Positions 9,352 to 18,773 of a stretch of DNA of 64,000 nucleotides are shown here, in pieces. Source of the stretch: an uncultured candidate division Zixibacteria bacterium. Its GTDB lineage: Bacteria; Zixibacteria; MSB-5A5; UBA10806. Every line of letters begins with the position of its first letter. Position 1 is the stretch's first letter. The notes below the pieces were generated by a model. It was given only the letters and a program-made list of their open reading frames with translations. It was not told the DNA's origin and ran no database searches. Location: assembly GCA_963817915.1 (NCBI GenBank), contig CAWFQL010000016.1, forward strand, positions 128,171 to 192,170, written 5' to 3'. Made by a program: the position numbers and the translations under genes.

Positions 9352-10749
9352 CTATAATGAGTAAATTTCGTTGGGTGCCGGGAATTCAACCGATGCATAT
9401 CCGCGGGATTTAAGATTGTCTTTTAAGGGCAACGCCTGATCCTGTTCGCCATGGACTAAGAAAATATTCTTTAACCTATCCGGCGATACGTTCTTTACAT
9501 AATTAATCAATTCGTCTTTATCGGCATGAGCGCTAAAAACATCCATAGTCTTTACTTTGGATCGAACCTGATATTCCTCGCCGAATATCTTCACTATTTT
9601 TTCGCCGTCCATAATTTTGCGCGCCAAGGTATCGGGGGCGGCATATCCCACAAGCAGAATCAGGTTGCGGTGGTTTTCAATGTTATTTTTTAGGTGATGC
9701 AGGATTCGGCCGCCTTCCGCCATCCCCGAGCCGGCGATAATGATGTGCGGATATGTAAGCCCATTGAGATTTTTCGATTCCTCAACGTCCCGGATATACT
9801 TCAAACGTCCAAATCCAAAGGGATCATCGTGATTTTGCAGGAATATTCTGAAGGCTTCCCGATCGAAACATTCGGGGTGCATTCTGAAGACATCCGTAGC
9901 GTTGCAGGCCAGCGGGCTATCGACAAAAATCGGCATATCGGGAATGCGGTTTTGATCAAACAACTTATGCAGTATATAAACCAGCAATTGGGTTCTACCG
10001 ATCGCGAACGCCGGAATTATTACTTTGCCTCCGGCGCTTGCCACTTCCCTTATAGTTTCCGCAAGCTCTTCCTCGACATCGGTGAGATGGCTGTGATTGC
10101 GATTACCGTAGGTGCTTTCCATGATTAAAATATCGATATCCCAGAAATAGTTGGGATCGCGCAGTATCGGCATATTGAATCGGCCTATATCTCCTGAAAA
10201 ACCGAGACGATATTTCTTGCCCTTTTCATTAATATCGAGAAGAATCCCCGATGAGCCCAAAATATGTCCAGCATCCAGGAATGTCACCGATATGCCCGGT
10301 GTTATCGTAAAACTTTTATCGTACTGAATACCTACAAATGACGACAAGGCGGCTTCCGCGTCTTCAATGGTATATAGGGGTTCGATTAACGGTTCATGCT
10401 GTTTTCGTCGGATTTTATTGACCCATTCGGCATCCTTTTCCTGCAAATATGCAGTGTCTCTGAAGAGATATTGGCAGAGATCAACCGTTGCTGAAGTTGC
10501 GTAAATCGGCCCGGAGAATCCCGCCTTTACGAGATTTGGGATATTGCCGCTGTGGTCAATATGGGCATGCGAGAGTAGCATGGCGTCAATTTTGGTAACA
10601 TCGAATGGGAAATTTCGGTTTTTCTCGAATGTATCTTTGCGATGACCCTGGAACAACCCGCATTCCAGGAGAATTGTCTTACCATTAATTGCGATAAGGT
10701 GCTGTGACCCGGTGACGGTTTGAGCGCCACCGATAAATTGTATTTTCAT
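9352..10749 (-). CDS. MBL-fold beta-CASP family RNA-metabolising hydrolase
   Basis: Metal-binding motif HAHIDHSG, beta-CASP domain and C-terminal RNA-specificity domain. 465 aa. Confidence 0.7.
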   Translation of the reverse strand: MKIQFIGGAQTVTGSQHLIAINGKTILLECGLFQGHRKDTFEKNRNFPFDVTKIDAMLLSHAHIDHSGNIPNLVKAGFSGPIYATSATVDLCQYLFRDTAYLQEKDAEWVNKIRRKQHEPLIEPLYTIEDAEAALSSFVGIQYDKSFTITPGISVTFLDAGHILGSSGILLDINEKGKKYRLGFSGDIGRFNMPILRDPNYFWDIDILIMESTYGNRNHSHLTDVEEELAETIREVASAGGKVIIPAFAIGRTQLLVYILHKLFDQNRIPDMPIFVDSPLACNATDVFRMHPECFDREAFRIFLQNHDDPFGFGRLKYIRDVEESKNLNGLTYPHIIIAGSGMAEGGRILHHLKNNIENHRNLILLVGYAAPDTLARKIMDGEKIVKIFGEEYQVRSKVKTMDVFSAHADKDELINYVKNVSPDRLKNIFLVHGEQDQALPLKDNLKSRGYASVEFPAPNEIYSL

Positions 10750-10750
10750 C

Positions 10751-11272
10751 TTAATTTGCCTTTTGTTTGGTCTGAATCAATTGATCTATAGCATTTGCTA
10801 TAATTTCGATTGCTTTCGCGGTTTGCGGCGATTCATCGAATCCCACGAGCTTGATGTAGTATCGGTTTCGGATAAATTCACAATCTGCGGGCAAAACAAA
10901 TCCATCATCCCCTGCAGGTCTGGTATCGATATTCTCAGGTTTCACAGTAGCGAATAACGATTTAGCGTCTGCGGCGGATTTAAAATAGTAGATATCGGCG
11001 ACAATTTCGACCTTGTCGGCTTTGTAGTCAGCGGTGGAGACTTCGATAAAATTATACTTAAGAAACTCCTCCGCGCCGCCATCGATATATACCCATAACG
11101 AATCCGCGCTAAAGGTTCTGATATCCGATGATCTTTTCAATTCGCTGCCTTCAATTTCCGAAGGAAGGTAGTTCGATGGTTTTTCACCTTGCGGCTGCTT
11201 TGTCTGGGTGCATGTTAAGACAATAAGCGCAAGGCATACGGGGATAATGCTTGTAAATCTCGAATTGATCAT
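10751..11272 (-). CDS. Hypothetical lipoprotein
   Basis: Signal peptide with a Cys near the cleavage site (LTCTQ). No recognisable catalytic motifs. Confidence 0.4.
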   Translation of the reverse strand: MINSRFTSIIPVCLALIVLTCTQTKQPQGEKPSNYLPSEIEGSELKRSSDIRTFSADSLWVYIDGGAEEFLKYNFIEVSTADYKADKVEIVADIYYFKSAADAKSLFATVKPENIDTRPAGDDGFVLPADCEFIRNRYYIKLVGFDESPQTAKAIEIIANAIDQLIQTKQKAN

Positions 11273-11500
11273 GACAAATACAAATTTACGATAAAAAAAT
11301 TCGGCGGCGCAACAAGGTAACGGTTGAATTATTCAATGTGCCAGTAACCCCGCGAAACGCAAAGACACCAGGTTATGGCAGTGCTCAGGAAGTAGATTTT
11401 AATTAATACCTTGCCTAAATAGTAGGGCTTGGCTATTATATTTGCGGGTATCAAAAAATTCCTTGTTGATAAAGGATTCTTTAAATGGGAGAAATAGACC

Positions 11501-13651
11501 ATGAGAATCGTAAATAAATCTATTGTCAGGGCAATAAGAATTGTGTTTTTCGGCTTATTGCTTCTGGTTATTTTTGTTGTAAACACATTCGGACAATTCC
11601 TTGAATATTCTAATTCATCGCTATGGTCGAATGTTACTGCAATAAAAGCTTCAGGAAACTACGCATATTGTCAATTTACCGAAGGACTTGGCATACTCGA
11701 TATCTCAGATCCGGCCAATCCATCCCTCATTGGAAAATTCGCAATCCCCGGATATTCACTCGCGATCGATGTTTCGGGAAGCTATGCGTTCGTGGCGGCA
11801 TCGGACGGCTTGAGAATTTACAATGTCTATTCACCTCAGAATACTGTACTTCTATCGATATATAATGGGCATGTTTCGGTAAGGGATGTTTGTGCCAGCG
11901 GCGCTTATGCGTATTTGGCGGCGCAGGATCAATTTGAAATAGTTGATATCAGCAATCCATATTCTCCATACCGTACCGGATATATCGATCAAATTTCCGC
12001 ATCCATTGTTGCAGCTGCAGATGGCTATGCTTATATCTCAGATAATAGCCAGCCAAATTATCGCGTCAATATAATTAATGTGCAAAATGCAGCTAATCCA
12101 GATTTAATAACCCAATTTCAGGCATCGAATTTTGTTTCTGATCTGGCAGTTCAGGGTGATCGATTATATGTTTTGTTAGGCGATGCGGGCACCATGAATG
12201 GAGGCATCCAGATATTCGATATTAGCAACCCCAATAATCCAAATTCATTAGGCGAACTTGACATATTTGGATCACCACGCAATATCGAGATTGCCGGGTC
12301 TTATGCCTATATTGCAAATCTCTGGAGAGGACTCGATGTCATCGATATTTCAAATCCCGAAAGTCCAACATTGGTGGCCGAGAGAATTACTACGGCCGCA
12401 TTTGGAGTTTCGGTTTCAGGTGATTATGCATTCGTGGCCGATGAACCATTTGGAGTGATTGCATTTGATAAGAGCGATCCGCAGAACCCCGAGCAAATTG
12501 GAGGGTATCAGCCGCCGGGAGAAATTTGGAACCTGACAGTTGTAGATACACTTCTTTATGTAGCAGAACTAAATAAAGCCATGTCCATAGTGAATATCGC
12601 CGATCCGGCGCATCCGAATGTAATAGGACAACTCAGCGTTTATAATATTTGGGGCGATATCCTTGTGAATGGAGGTTATGCTTATATAAAAAACTATTCA
12701 CATCTTTTGGTAATAAATATAACTGACCCAACCAATCCATCTCTTGTCACGTCATTTTATCCTCTCGGCTGTGCCATGTGCCAGGCAATAAGAGGCAATT
12801 ATGCGTTCCTTTCAGAAGGTGATTGCTATAGTCCGAGCTTCACCGGAATGGAAATCATTGACATCACAGACCCCTCGTCCCCGATTTCAATAGGCTCGTA
12901 TGCGACCCCCGGTACGGCGATGGATTTGAAGTTAGTCGGAAATTATGCTTTTATAATATACAGATATGCCAATGAAAATCCATCAGCCGGTATGCAAGTC
13001 GTTGATATTTCTGATCTCGAAAACCCACAATTTGTTGCGGGCTATGATTTGCATTCTCCAGCATCGATGGAAATTGTCGGAAATTATGTGTTTATTGCGG
13101 ATGAAGCAAATGGGCTTAAGATTGTTGACATTTCCGATCCAGCAAATCCGACCTTTGAAGGACGCTATACGCCATATTCAGGAAATCCACAGCATGTCTC
13201 GATCAGTGGAAACTATGCGTTTCTTAGCAATAGAATTTGCCTAACAGCTGTTGACGTCTCAGATCCATCGAATCCAAGTTTCGTTGATCAATTTTGCACC
13301 CCCGGACAGCCGATGATGACAGATGTGGCAGGCCATGATATTTATCTTGCCGATAGATATGCGCTGACGGTCCTGAGATTCACCGGCAATTGCACGGGTG
13401 TATCTGGTGATGCCAATGACGACGGAGCATTCAACAGTCTTGATATCGAGTATTCCATAAATTATTTTAAGGGGTCTCAGGCGCCTCCCCCCTGTCAGTT
13501 GGATTGCTCTCCTAACGAATTGCTGTATAGCGAAGCCGATGCCAATGGCGATTGTCGTTTCAATGGATTCGATATTACTTACGGGGTAAATTATTTAAAA
13601 GGAAACGGGCCAGCACCGGAATCGTGTCCTGACTGCCATTTCTATCGATAA
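11501..13651 (+). CDS. Secreted LVIVD-repeat beta-propeller protein with C-terminal dockerin-type repeats
   Basis: Many repeats of GNYAY/GSYAF..A....GL.I.DISNP.NP. The C-terminus has two DANxDG...D calcium-binding dockerin-like repeats. Confidence 0.55.
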   Translation: MRIVNKSIVRAIRIVFFGLLLLVIFVVNTFGQFLEYSNSSLWSNVTAIKASGNYAYCQFTEGLGILDISDPANPSLIGKFAIPGYSLAIDVSGSYAFVAASDGLRIYNVYSPQNTVLLSIYNGHVSVRDVCASGAYAYLAAQDQFEIVDISNPYSPYRTGYIDQISASIVAAADGYAYISDNSQPNYRVNIINVQNAANPDLITQFQASNFVSDLAVQGDRLYVLLGDAGTMNGGIQIFDISNPNNPNSLGELDIFGSPRNIEIAGSYAYIANLWRGLDVIDISNPESPTLVAERITTAAFGVSVSGDYAFVADEPFGVIAFDKSDPQNPEQIGGYQPPGEIWNLTVVDTLLYVAELNKAMSIVNIADPAHPNVIGQLSVYNIWGDILVNGGYAYIKNYSHLLVINITDPTNPSLVTSFYPLGCAMCQAIRGNYAFLSEGDCYSPSFTGMEIIDITDPSSPISIGSYATPGTAMDLKLVGNYAFIIYRYANENPSAGMQVVDISDLENPQFVAGYDLHSPASMEIVGNYVFIADEANGLKIVDISDPANPTFEGRYTPYSGNPQHVSISGNYAFLSNRICLTAVDVSDPSNPSFVDQFCTPGQPMMTDVAGHDIYLADRYALTVLRFTGNCTGVSGDANDDGAFNSLDIEYSINYFKGSQAPPPCQLDCSPNELLYSEADANGDCRFNGFDITYGVNYLKGNGPAPESCPDCHFYR

Positions 13652-14052
13652 GCAAGGCATCCATATACATTCCATTCATGCCTATGGCCTGTATAGACTT
13701 GTAATCCAGTACTTTTAAAATCGTTGTCTACAAACGCTCATTAATATCACCTTCGATATTAAATTTTCCAGATGGACTAAATGATTATAGGTCTAATTTG
13801 TAGGAATTTGACATTGTAATTATTAAAATTGTAAAAATACTTTTGCCTTTCTAGTATTTTTATCGTATAACTATTCACGTATGAAGCTGAAGTCCTCTGA
13901 AAGCGAACTCGATTCAGAACCCGAACCCGGCAGTTCGGCTTATCGGTTAATTTACAACCCAACCATAGATAGTATTGCGATAAGATGCTTGATTGTGTTA
14001 TAGATTTGTCAATTCAGATATTATTATCTATATAATGCAGTAAGGACTAGAG

Positions 14053-14712
14053 TTGAAAAACATTGAACCGATACCATTGATCGATACAGCAATCGATCAA
14101 AAGAAAAAGCCCAACTTGATTGCCCATCTCGAAAGCGAGGACTGTCTTGTTAATCTTGCGGGCGATTATGATTATCTGACCTCCGGTTACTATCTATCGC
14201 AGGAGATGGAAAACCAGGACAAGAATATTCATCCTACCTGCAAGGAAATACTCGACGCCTATGTCACCCCGCTATCCCTGGAGAAGGCTCGATTGAATAA
14301 TATAGCGGTGCCCGAGTTCTATGTCACCAATGGTCACTTCGAGCCGCCGGTTATTATCGACACCATGAATCCATTCATGTCGCGTCATAGTGTTGTGCTG
14401 AAGACCAGCTACCAGGAACGGGCGGCGAAATCATTGACACGAAACTTCACTTATGCCATTTGTTGTCAGGAACTTCCGCCGGATTCGCGTGTTGTATATT
14501 TCCATTCGATTCTCGGCTGGTGCGCGGCATCCAAATATAGAACTATTTCTCAGCAGATCTGGGACGTTTTCAAAATTCCGATTGTCAAGGTTCGTCTGAT
14601 AGCCTTAGAAAACGGCCAGTTTCTTTTGAGTTCATTGGACCCATTACCGGTCAAGAAGCTGACACCGCGTGAAGCAATTTTTATCAATGAGAATGTAAAA
14701 TGGCAAATATAG
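14053..14712 (+). CDS. Hypothetical protein overlapping the ATP-grasp gene; possibly a RimK-like ATP-grasp N-terminal (RLAN-type) partner
   Basis: TTG start. The 3' end overlaps the ATP-grasp ORF by 13 nt. The RLAN assignment is inference from context only. Confidence 0.35.
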   Translation: MKNIEPIPLIDTAIDQKKKPNLIAHLESEDCLVNLAGDYDYLTSGYYLSQEMENQDKNIHPTCKEILDAYVTPLSLEKARLNNIAVPEFYVTNGHFEPPVIIDTMNPFMSRHSVVLKTSYQERAAKSLTRNFTYAICCQELPPDSRVVYFHSILGWCAASKYRTISQQIWDVFKIPIVKVRLIALENGQFLLSSLDPLPVKKLTPREAIFINENVKWQI

Positions 14713-15585
14713 GTGTTTTCATAGAACGATATACCATCTCCAATTCCGAGGAGATGGGCGCATTGATGAAACTAGGACAGGTCGCCCACCGTCACGGGCA
14801 CAGGCTCGATGTTTTATTCAGGCCCGATATGTACAAAATTCCTCACTATGATGCAATCTTCATAAGGGCACTAACCGACCCATTGAATACATCTTATATT
14901 GCATCAAGGTTAGCGCAGCTTCAGGGTGTCCGCGTAATCGATGATCCTGATTCGATTTTCATCTGCTGTGACAAGGTTAACATGTATCGTCATCTTATTA
15001 AGGCCAATGTCCCAATGCCGGAGACGGTTTTTCTCGAGGAATCGGACTTAACATATGAAAAAGGTTCGGAGCTACTTGATAAATTGGGAATTCCATTGGT
15101 ACTGAAGGCGCCCAACAGCAGTTTTTCTATGTATGTCGAAAGAGTAAGCACCCCCGATGAATATGTCAATGTCGGCAAACGATTTCTCCGAAGAGCGGAT
15201 ATGATCGTTGCCCAAAAATTCATTCGTTCGCAATTTGATTGGCGTGTCGGTGTACTGGCCGGTGAGCCGCTTTATATCTGCCAGTATGTAATTCCAAAAC
15301 GTCGATGGAAGATAATGACCTACACTCACAATGGCACCGCTATCCATGGTGATGTCAGGGGCTTTAGCATTGATAAGGCCAACCCGCGATCTTCTTGAAA
15401 TCGCTGTTAAGGCCGCCGCCGCTATCGGCACAGGTCTTTATGGAGTGGACCTAAAACAGGTAGATGATGATTTCACGGTTATCGAGGTCAATGATAACCC
15501 TACGATCGGCGAAGGCGAAGAAGATCAGAAGGCGCCGGATATCTATGACAGGCTGATTCATTACCTGGTCGGTGATAAGGGCTAG
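14700..15585 (+). CDS. RimK-family ATP-grasp ligase, apparently interrupted by a 1-nt frameshift near 15385-15395
   Basis: The ATP-grasp core (LVLKAPNSSFS...WRVGVLAGEPLYICQY) is in frame 3 up to 15398. The conserved C-terminus (AVKAAAAIGTGLYGVDL...VIEVNDNPTIG) continues in frame 1 from 15331. Removing one C from the CCC run at about 15388 restores a single ORF. Confidence 0.6.
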
Positions 15586-15589
15586 GCAG

Positions 15590-16042
15590 ATGGCCGAATC
15601 TGTCATTATCCGGCAAGCGACAATTGAAGACATCGACGAATTATACCGAATAGAAGAAGCCGGATTCGAACACGACCGTTTCGATAAAAAACAATTCCGT
15701 CATTTAATCACCAAAGCCAATTCCACTGTTTTAATCCTAATTCACAATAACAATATCTGCGGATATAGCATCATGCTCTGGCGCAAGAATTCCAGGCGCG
15801 CCAGGCTCTATTCCATAGCAATCGATCCCCAGGCACACGGCAGGGGGCTCGGCGGCCAGCTTCTGAGAGCCAGCGAAGAGCTGTCGTTGTCATTGGGGTG
15901 CAATGAAATCAGCCTCGAAGTACGAGTCGACAATAAACCAGCGATTCATGTTTACGAACGGCATGGCTATCATGAAATCAAGCCATTGATCGGCTATTAT
16001 TCCGATGGCGCCAACGGTATGCGGATGCTCAAGCGGCTTTAG
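15590..16042 (+). CDS. GNAT family N-acetyltransferase
   Basis: Motif A Q/RxxGxG/A (HGRGLGGQLL) and the C-terminal YERHGY motif. Alternative upstream start at 15572. Confidence 0.7.
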   Translation: MAESVIIRQATIEDIDELYRIEEAGFEHDRFDKKQFRHLITKANSTVLILIHNNNICGYSIMLWRKNSRRARLYSIAIDPQAHGRGLGGQLLRASEELSLSLGCNEISLEVRVDNKPAIHVYERHGYHEIKPLIGYYSDGANGMRMLKRL

Positions 16043-16222
16043 CTCGCGCGGCATGCGTTCCGCCTACGGCGGAATAGCATGTAAAAGGGCGTGCGGATTT
16101 TCGAATAATTTCGATTCAATTAATTTCTAACAATTCAACTATAAAATCACTAAAGTGTATATCGCTCCGTTCCCTTTTACATGCTTTCTCCCGACAAAGT
16201 CGGGAGACGCATGCCGCGCGGG
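16043..16222. mobile_element. MITE-like element with roughly 50-bp imperfect terminal inverted repeats, each containing an internal hairpin
   Basis: Left end cgcgcggcatgcgt-[hairpin ttccgcctacggcggaa]-agcatgtaaaaggg. The right end is the reverse complement cccttttacatgct-[hairpin tctcccgacaaagtcgggaga]-acgcatgccgcgcg. The core is AT-rich. Confidence 0.4.
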
Positions 16223-16287
16223 GGTGGGCGAAATAAAAAGGGGATGAGCGAGCCCATCCCCTCAAAACAATTACATAGAAATCGGAT

Positions 16288-17592
16288 TTAAAAATCGAAA
16301 TCTACCAGCGTAGTTAGAATATCTTCTTTGATCGGATTGTCTTTACCGGTTTGACGGTGAGTATATTCAGCATGCAATGCTACATTGACTGCGGTCCAGT
16401 CACCGAGATAATATCGCGCGAGCAATGAGATCGCGGATATTTTTTTGTCATTATCGTATGATGGTGGCGTGACAAAATTATAGAGCCCGGAAAGGACAAG
16501 CCTATTGTCCATCAATCCGTTATAATCAAGCTGGACAAATCCACCGGTAAATGTGTACGCCTTGGTAGTGTCTAAATCATTGAATTTCTTATTGTCGTTG
16601 CCGTTCATGATGAGGGTTGTCAGATTGAATGATTCATAATTCAGGCTTACATGTCCGCCGATTCTCATGAAGCTCTGGTTATCGGTGCCATGATCATCTC
16701 CCATATTTGGAAGATTGAGATATGCCGAATGAATTGGTTGCCAGCCGGTATAGGCAAATATCCCTATTCGTTGTCCGGCGCTTTGTCCGTCGCCTTTGCC
16801 AATTGTTTGCGAGAGGCTCAGGTAGATATCCTTGTAAGTATTATTATCCGGATTCCCCCCAGTGCCATTAACAATTCCCAGGCCATATTTGAATCCCGTC
16901 TTAAAATGGCTGGAGGCTTCCACACCAAACTGATTTTCGGAAAAACTGAATCGATTTCCTGAATAACCGAACGGATTTAGACTGCTGGGCGAATTGAAAT
17001 TGTAAATCTCATAGGGCTGGATTAGATAGAGCGAACGTTTGGCACTGATTTGCTGGTAGGCTGGCTCGAATCGTCCGATTCTCAAATTTAGCTTATCTTC
17101 GAAGATGTTGCTGAATACGATATTGGCCGATTCCAAAGCTCCAATCTGGGACGGATTATATCCCGCTTGCGATGCTGAATAATCCATTGTTGGCACATCG
17201 ACTCTTGGAGTATAGACAATAAGAAACGACACATTCTTATGCAGAACACCCGCCGCCAATAAATCAAATCCATAGTAATGAAATCCAGAAGTTGTCTCTT
17301 TGGTGGTTTCTTGTGTCGCATTATTTAATGTATGTCCTACCGATGTTCTTATTGAAATTGGCGGCATGGTTTCGAATACATTCTTTTCATTGCCTTCTTG
17401 TCCGGGAATCTGATAACCATTATCGCGGTATCTCTGCCCGAAATCATTGAGCTTGGTGAAGGCCACATGGCACATATTGCAATTAAACCCGTTCTTACGA
17501 GCGAAGGCGGGTATCGATTGTGCGGTTTTGGGAATAAACAACGTTATTCCAACGAAAACCGTCACTAATAATAGAATGATTGTTTTTCTCAT
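16288..17592 (-). CDS. Outer-membrane beta-barrel protein with an N-terminal single CxxCH haem-binding motif
   Basis: Signal peptide (MRKTIILLLVTVFVGITLF), CNMCH motif about 25 aa after the cleavage site, beta-barrel-like body ending ...LVDFDF. The start overlaps the upstream ccp stop. Confidence 0.5.
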   Translation of the reverse strand: MRKTIILLLVTVFVGITLFIPKTAQSIPAFARKNGFNCNMCHVAFTKLNDFGQRYRDNGYQIPGQEGNEKNVFETMPPISIRTSVGHTLNNATQETTKETTSGFHYYGFDLLAAGVLHKNVSFLIVYTPRVDVPTMDYSASQAGYNPSQIGALESANIVFSNIFEDKLNLRIGRFEPAYQQISAKRSLYLIQPYEIYNFNSPSSLNPFGYSGNRFSFSENQFGVEASSHFKTGFKYGLGIVNGTGGNPDNNTYKDIYLSLSQTIGKGDGQSAGQRIGIFAYTGWQPIHSAYLNLPNMGDDHGTDNQSFMRIGGHVSLNYESFNLTTLIMNGNDNKKFNDLDTTKAYTFTGGFVQLDYNGLMDNRLVLSGLYNFVTPPSYDNDKKISAISLLARYYLGDWTAVNVALHAEYTHRQTGKDNPIKEDILTTLVDFDF

Positions 17593-17602
17593 ATCCCCTC
17601 CC

Positions 17603-18673
17603 TCACTTCGGCATTTCGGATTGCGGAATAGGTTTGGCATCTCGAATTTCGGGATTCAAACTGGTTATTGAAACTTTCAGAAATGCTACCAACGCCGCAG
17701 CTTCTGATTTGGATAGCCCCAACGGCACCATCAAGGGATCGAGAGTCTCTTTATTATCCCCACCGCCCCTGTTATAGAAATTGACTACATCCTCGAGGGT
17801 TTTCTCACCGCCGGTATGCATATAAGGCGCCCGTAGCGCGGCATCTCTTACTGTCGGGGTCTTGAATGCTCCCTTATCGGCCGGATTTTTGGTTACATCG
17901 TAACGGCCATTATCGGTTTTATTCGGACCGGTTTGAGTCACTCCCAAATTATGGAATCTGCCATCGCTGAAATACGATCCCCAATGGCATGCAGTGCAAT
18001 GTCCCTTGCCGTTGAAAATTTCGAGACCCATCTTTTCCTGTTTGGTTAAGGCATTCTGGTCGCCGCGGACATATCTATCGAATGGCGAATCAGTGGTCAC
18101 TACAGTTCTCTCGTAGGCGGCAATAGCTTGAGCCACCTGATCAACTGTGATCGGGGTTGTCCCGAAAACATCCTTGAATTCCTGAACATATCCCGGAACA
18201 TCATTGAGTGTCTTTACCATTACGTCGTGGGTATTCCCCATTTCTATTGGATTCTGAACCGGGCCCTTGGCTTGTTCTTCAAGGCTTGGCGCTCTGCCAT
18301 CCCAGAATTGCAGAGGGCTGTGAGCGGCATTCGATACTGGTGGAGCTCTTCTTCCCCCAATTTGCCCACGGATACCTGTACTTGTGGGCCCCGCATCTGA
18401 CCAGCCCTTAGCTGGATCATGACATGTGGCACAGGCGACTGTGCCATCCTGTGAAAGCCTGTTGTCAAAATATAATTGTTTACCTAATTGAATTTTCGCT
18501 GTTGTCTGCGGATTGTCCGGCGGTGCGATTACCGCTGGAAGATTGCCCGGCCGTTCCGGCCCCTTCATATGCACGCCGACAGATGTTATTGGAGTCTGCG
18601 AATTTTCACCCGCCCATGCCATTAACGGCACAAGCATTACCGCAACCAACAACATCCCCAAAATCTTGTTCAT
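17603..18673 (-). CDS. Dihaem cytochrome c peroxidase (CcpA/MauG family)
   Basis: Signal peptide. Two CxxCH motifs (CATCH, CTACH) with the family-typical spacing and the conserved GRFHNLG region. Confidence 0.85.
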   Translation of the reverse strand: MNKILGMLLVAVMLVPLMAWAGENSQTPITSVGVHMKGPERPGNLPAVIAPPDNPQTTAKIQLGKQLYFDNRLSQDGTVACATCHDPAKGWSDAGPTSTGIRGQIGGRRAPPVSNAAHSPLQFWDGRAPSLEEQAKGPVQNPIEMGNTHDVMVKTLNDVPGYVQEFKDVFGTTPITVDQVAQAIAAYERTVVTTDSPFDRYVRGDQNALTKQEKMGLEIFNGKGHCTACHWGSYFSDGRFHNLGVTQTGPNKTDNGRYDVTKNPADKGAFKTPTVRDAALRAPYMHTGGEKTLEDVVNFYNRGGGDNKETLDPLMVPLGLSKSEAAALVAFLKVSITSLNPEIRDAKPIPQSEMPK

Positions 18674-18773
18674 TCAGCCTCCTTTTATGTTTTTAAGTCC
18701 AAATTGCAGGCATATAACCCTTCATGGATAATTCTATTCAGATTTGTATTCTACGTCAAGGCATTTTTGATTA

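Noticed and set aside
13660-14050. 39-codon ORF (MKLKSSESELDSEPEPGSS...) in the AT-rich gap after the LVIVD gene
   Set aside because: No ribosome-binding site and low-complexity sequence. The AT-rich intergenic region is more likely promoter DNA for the downstream gene.
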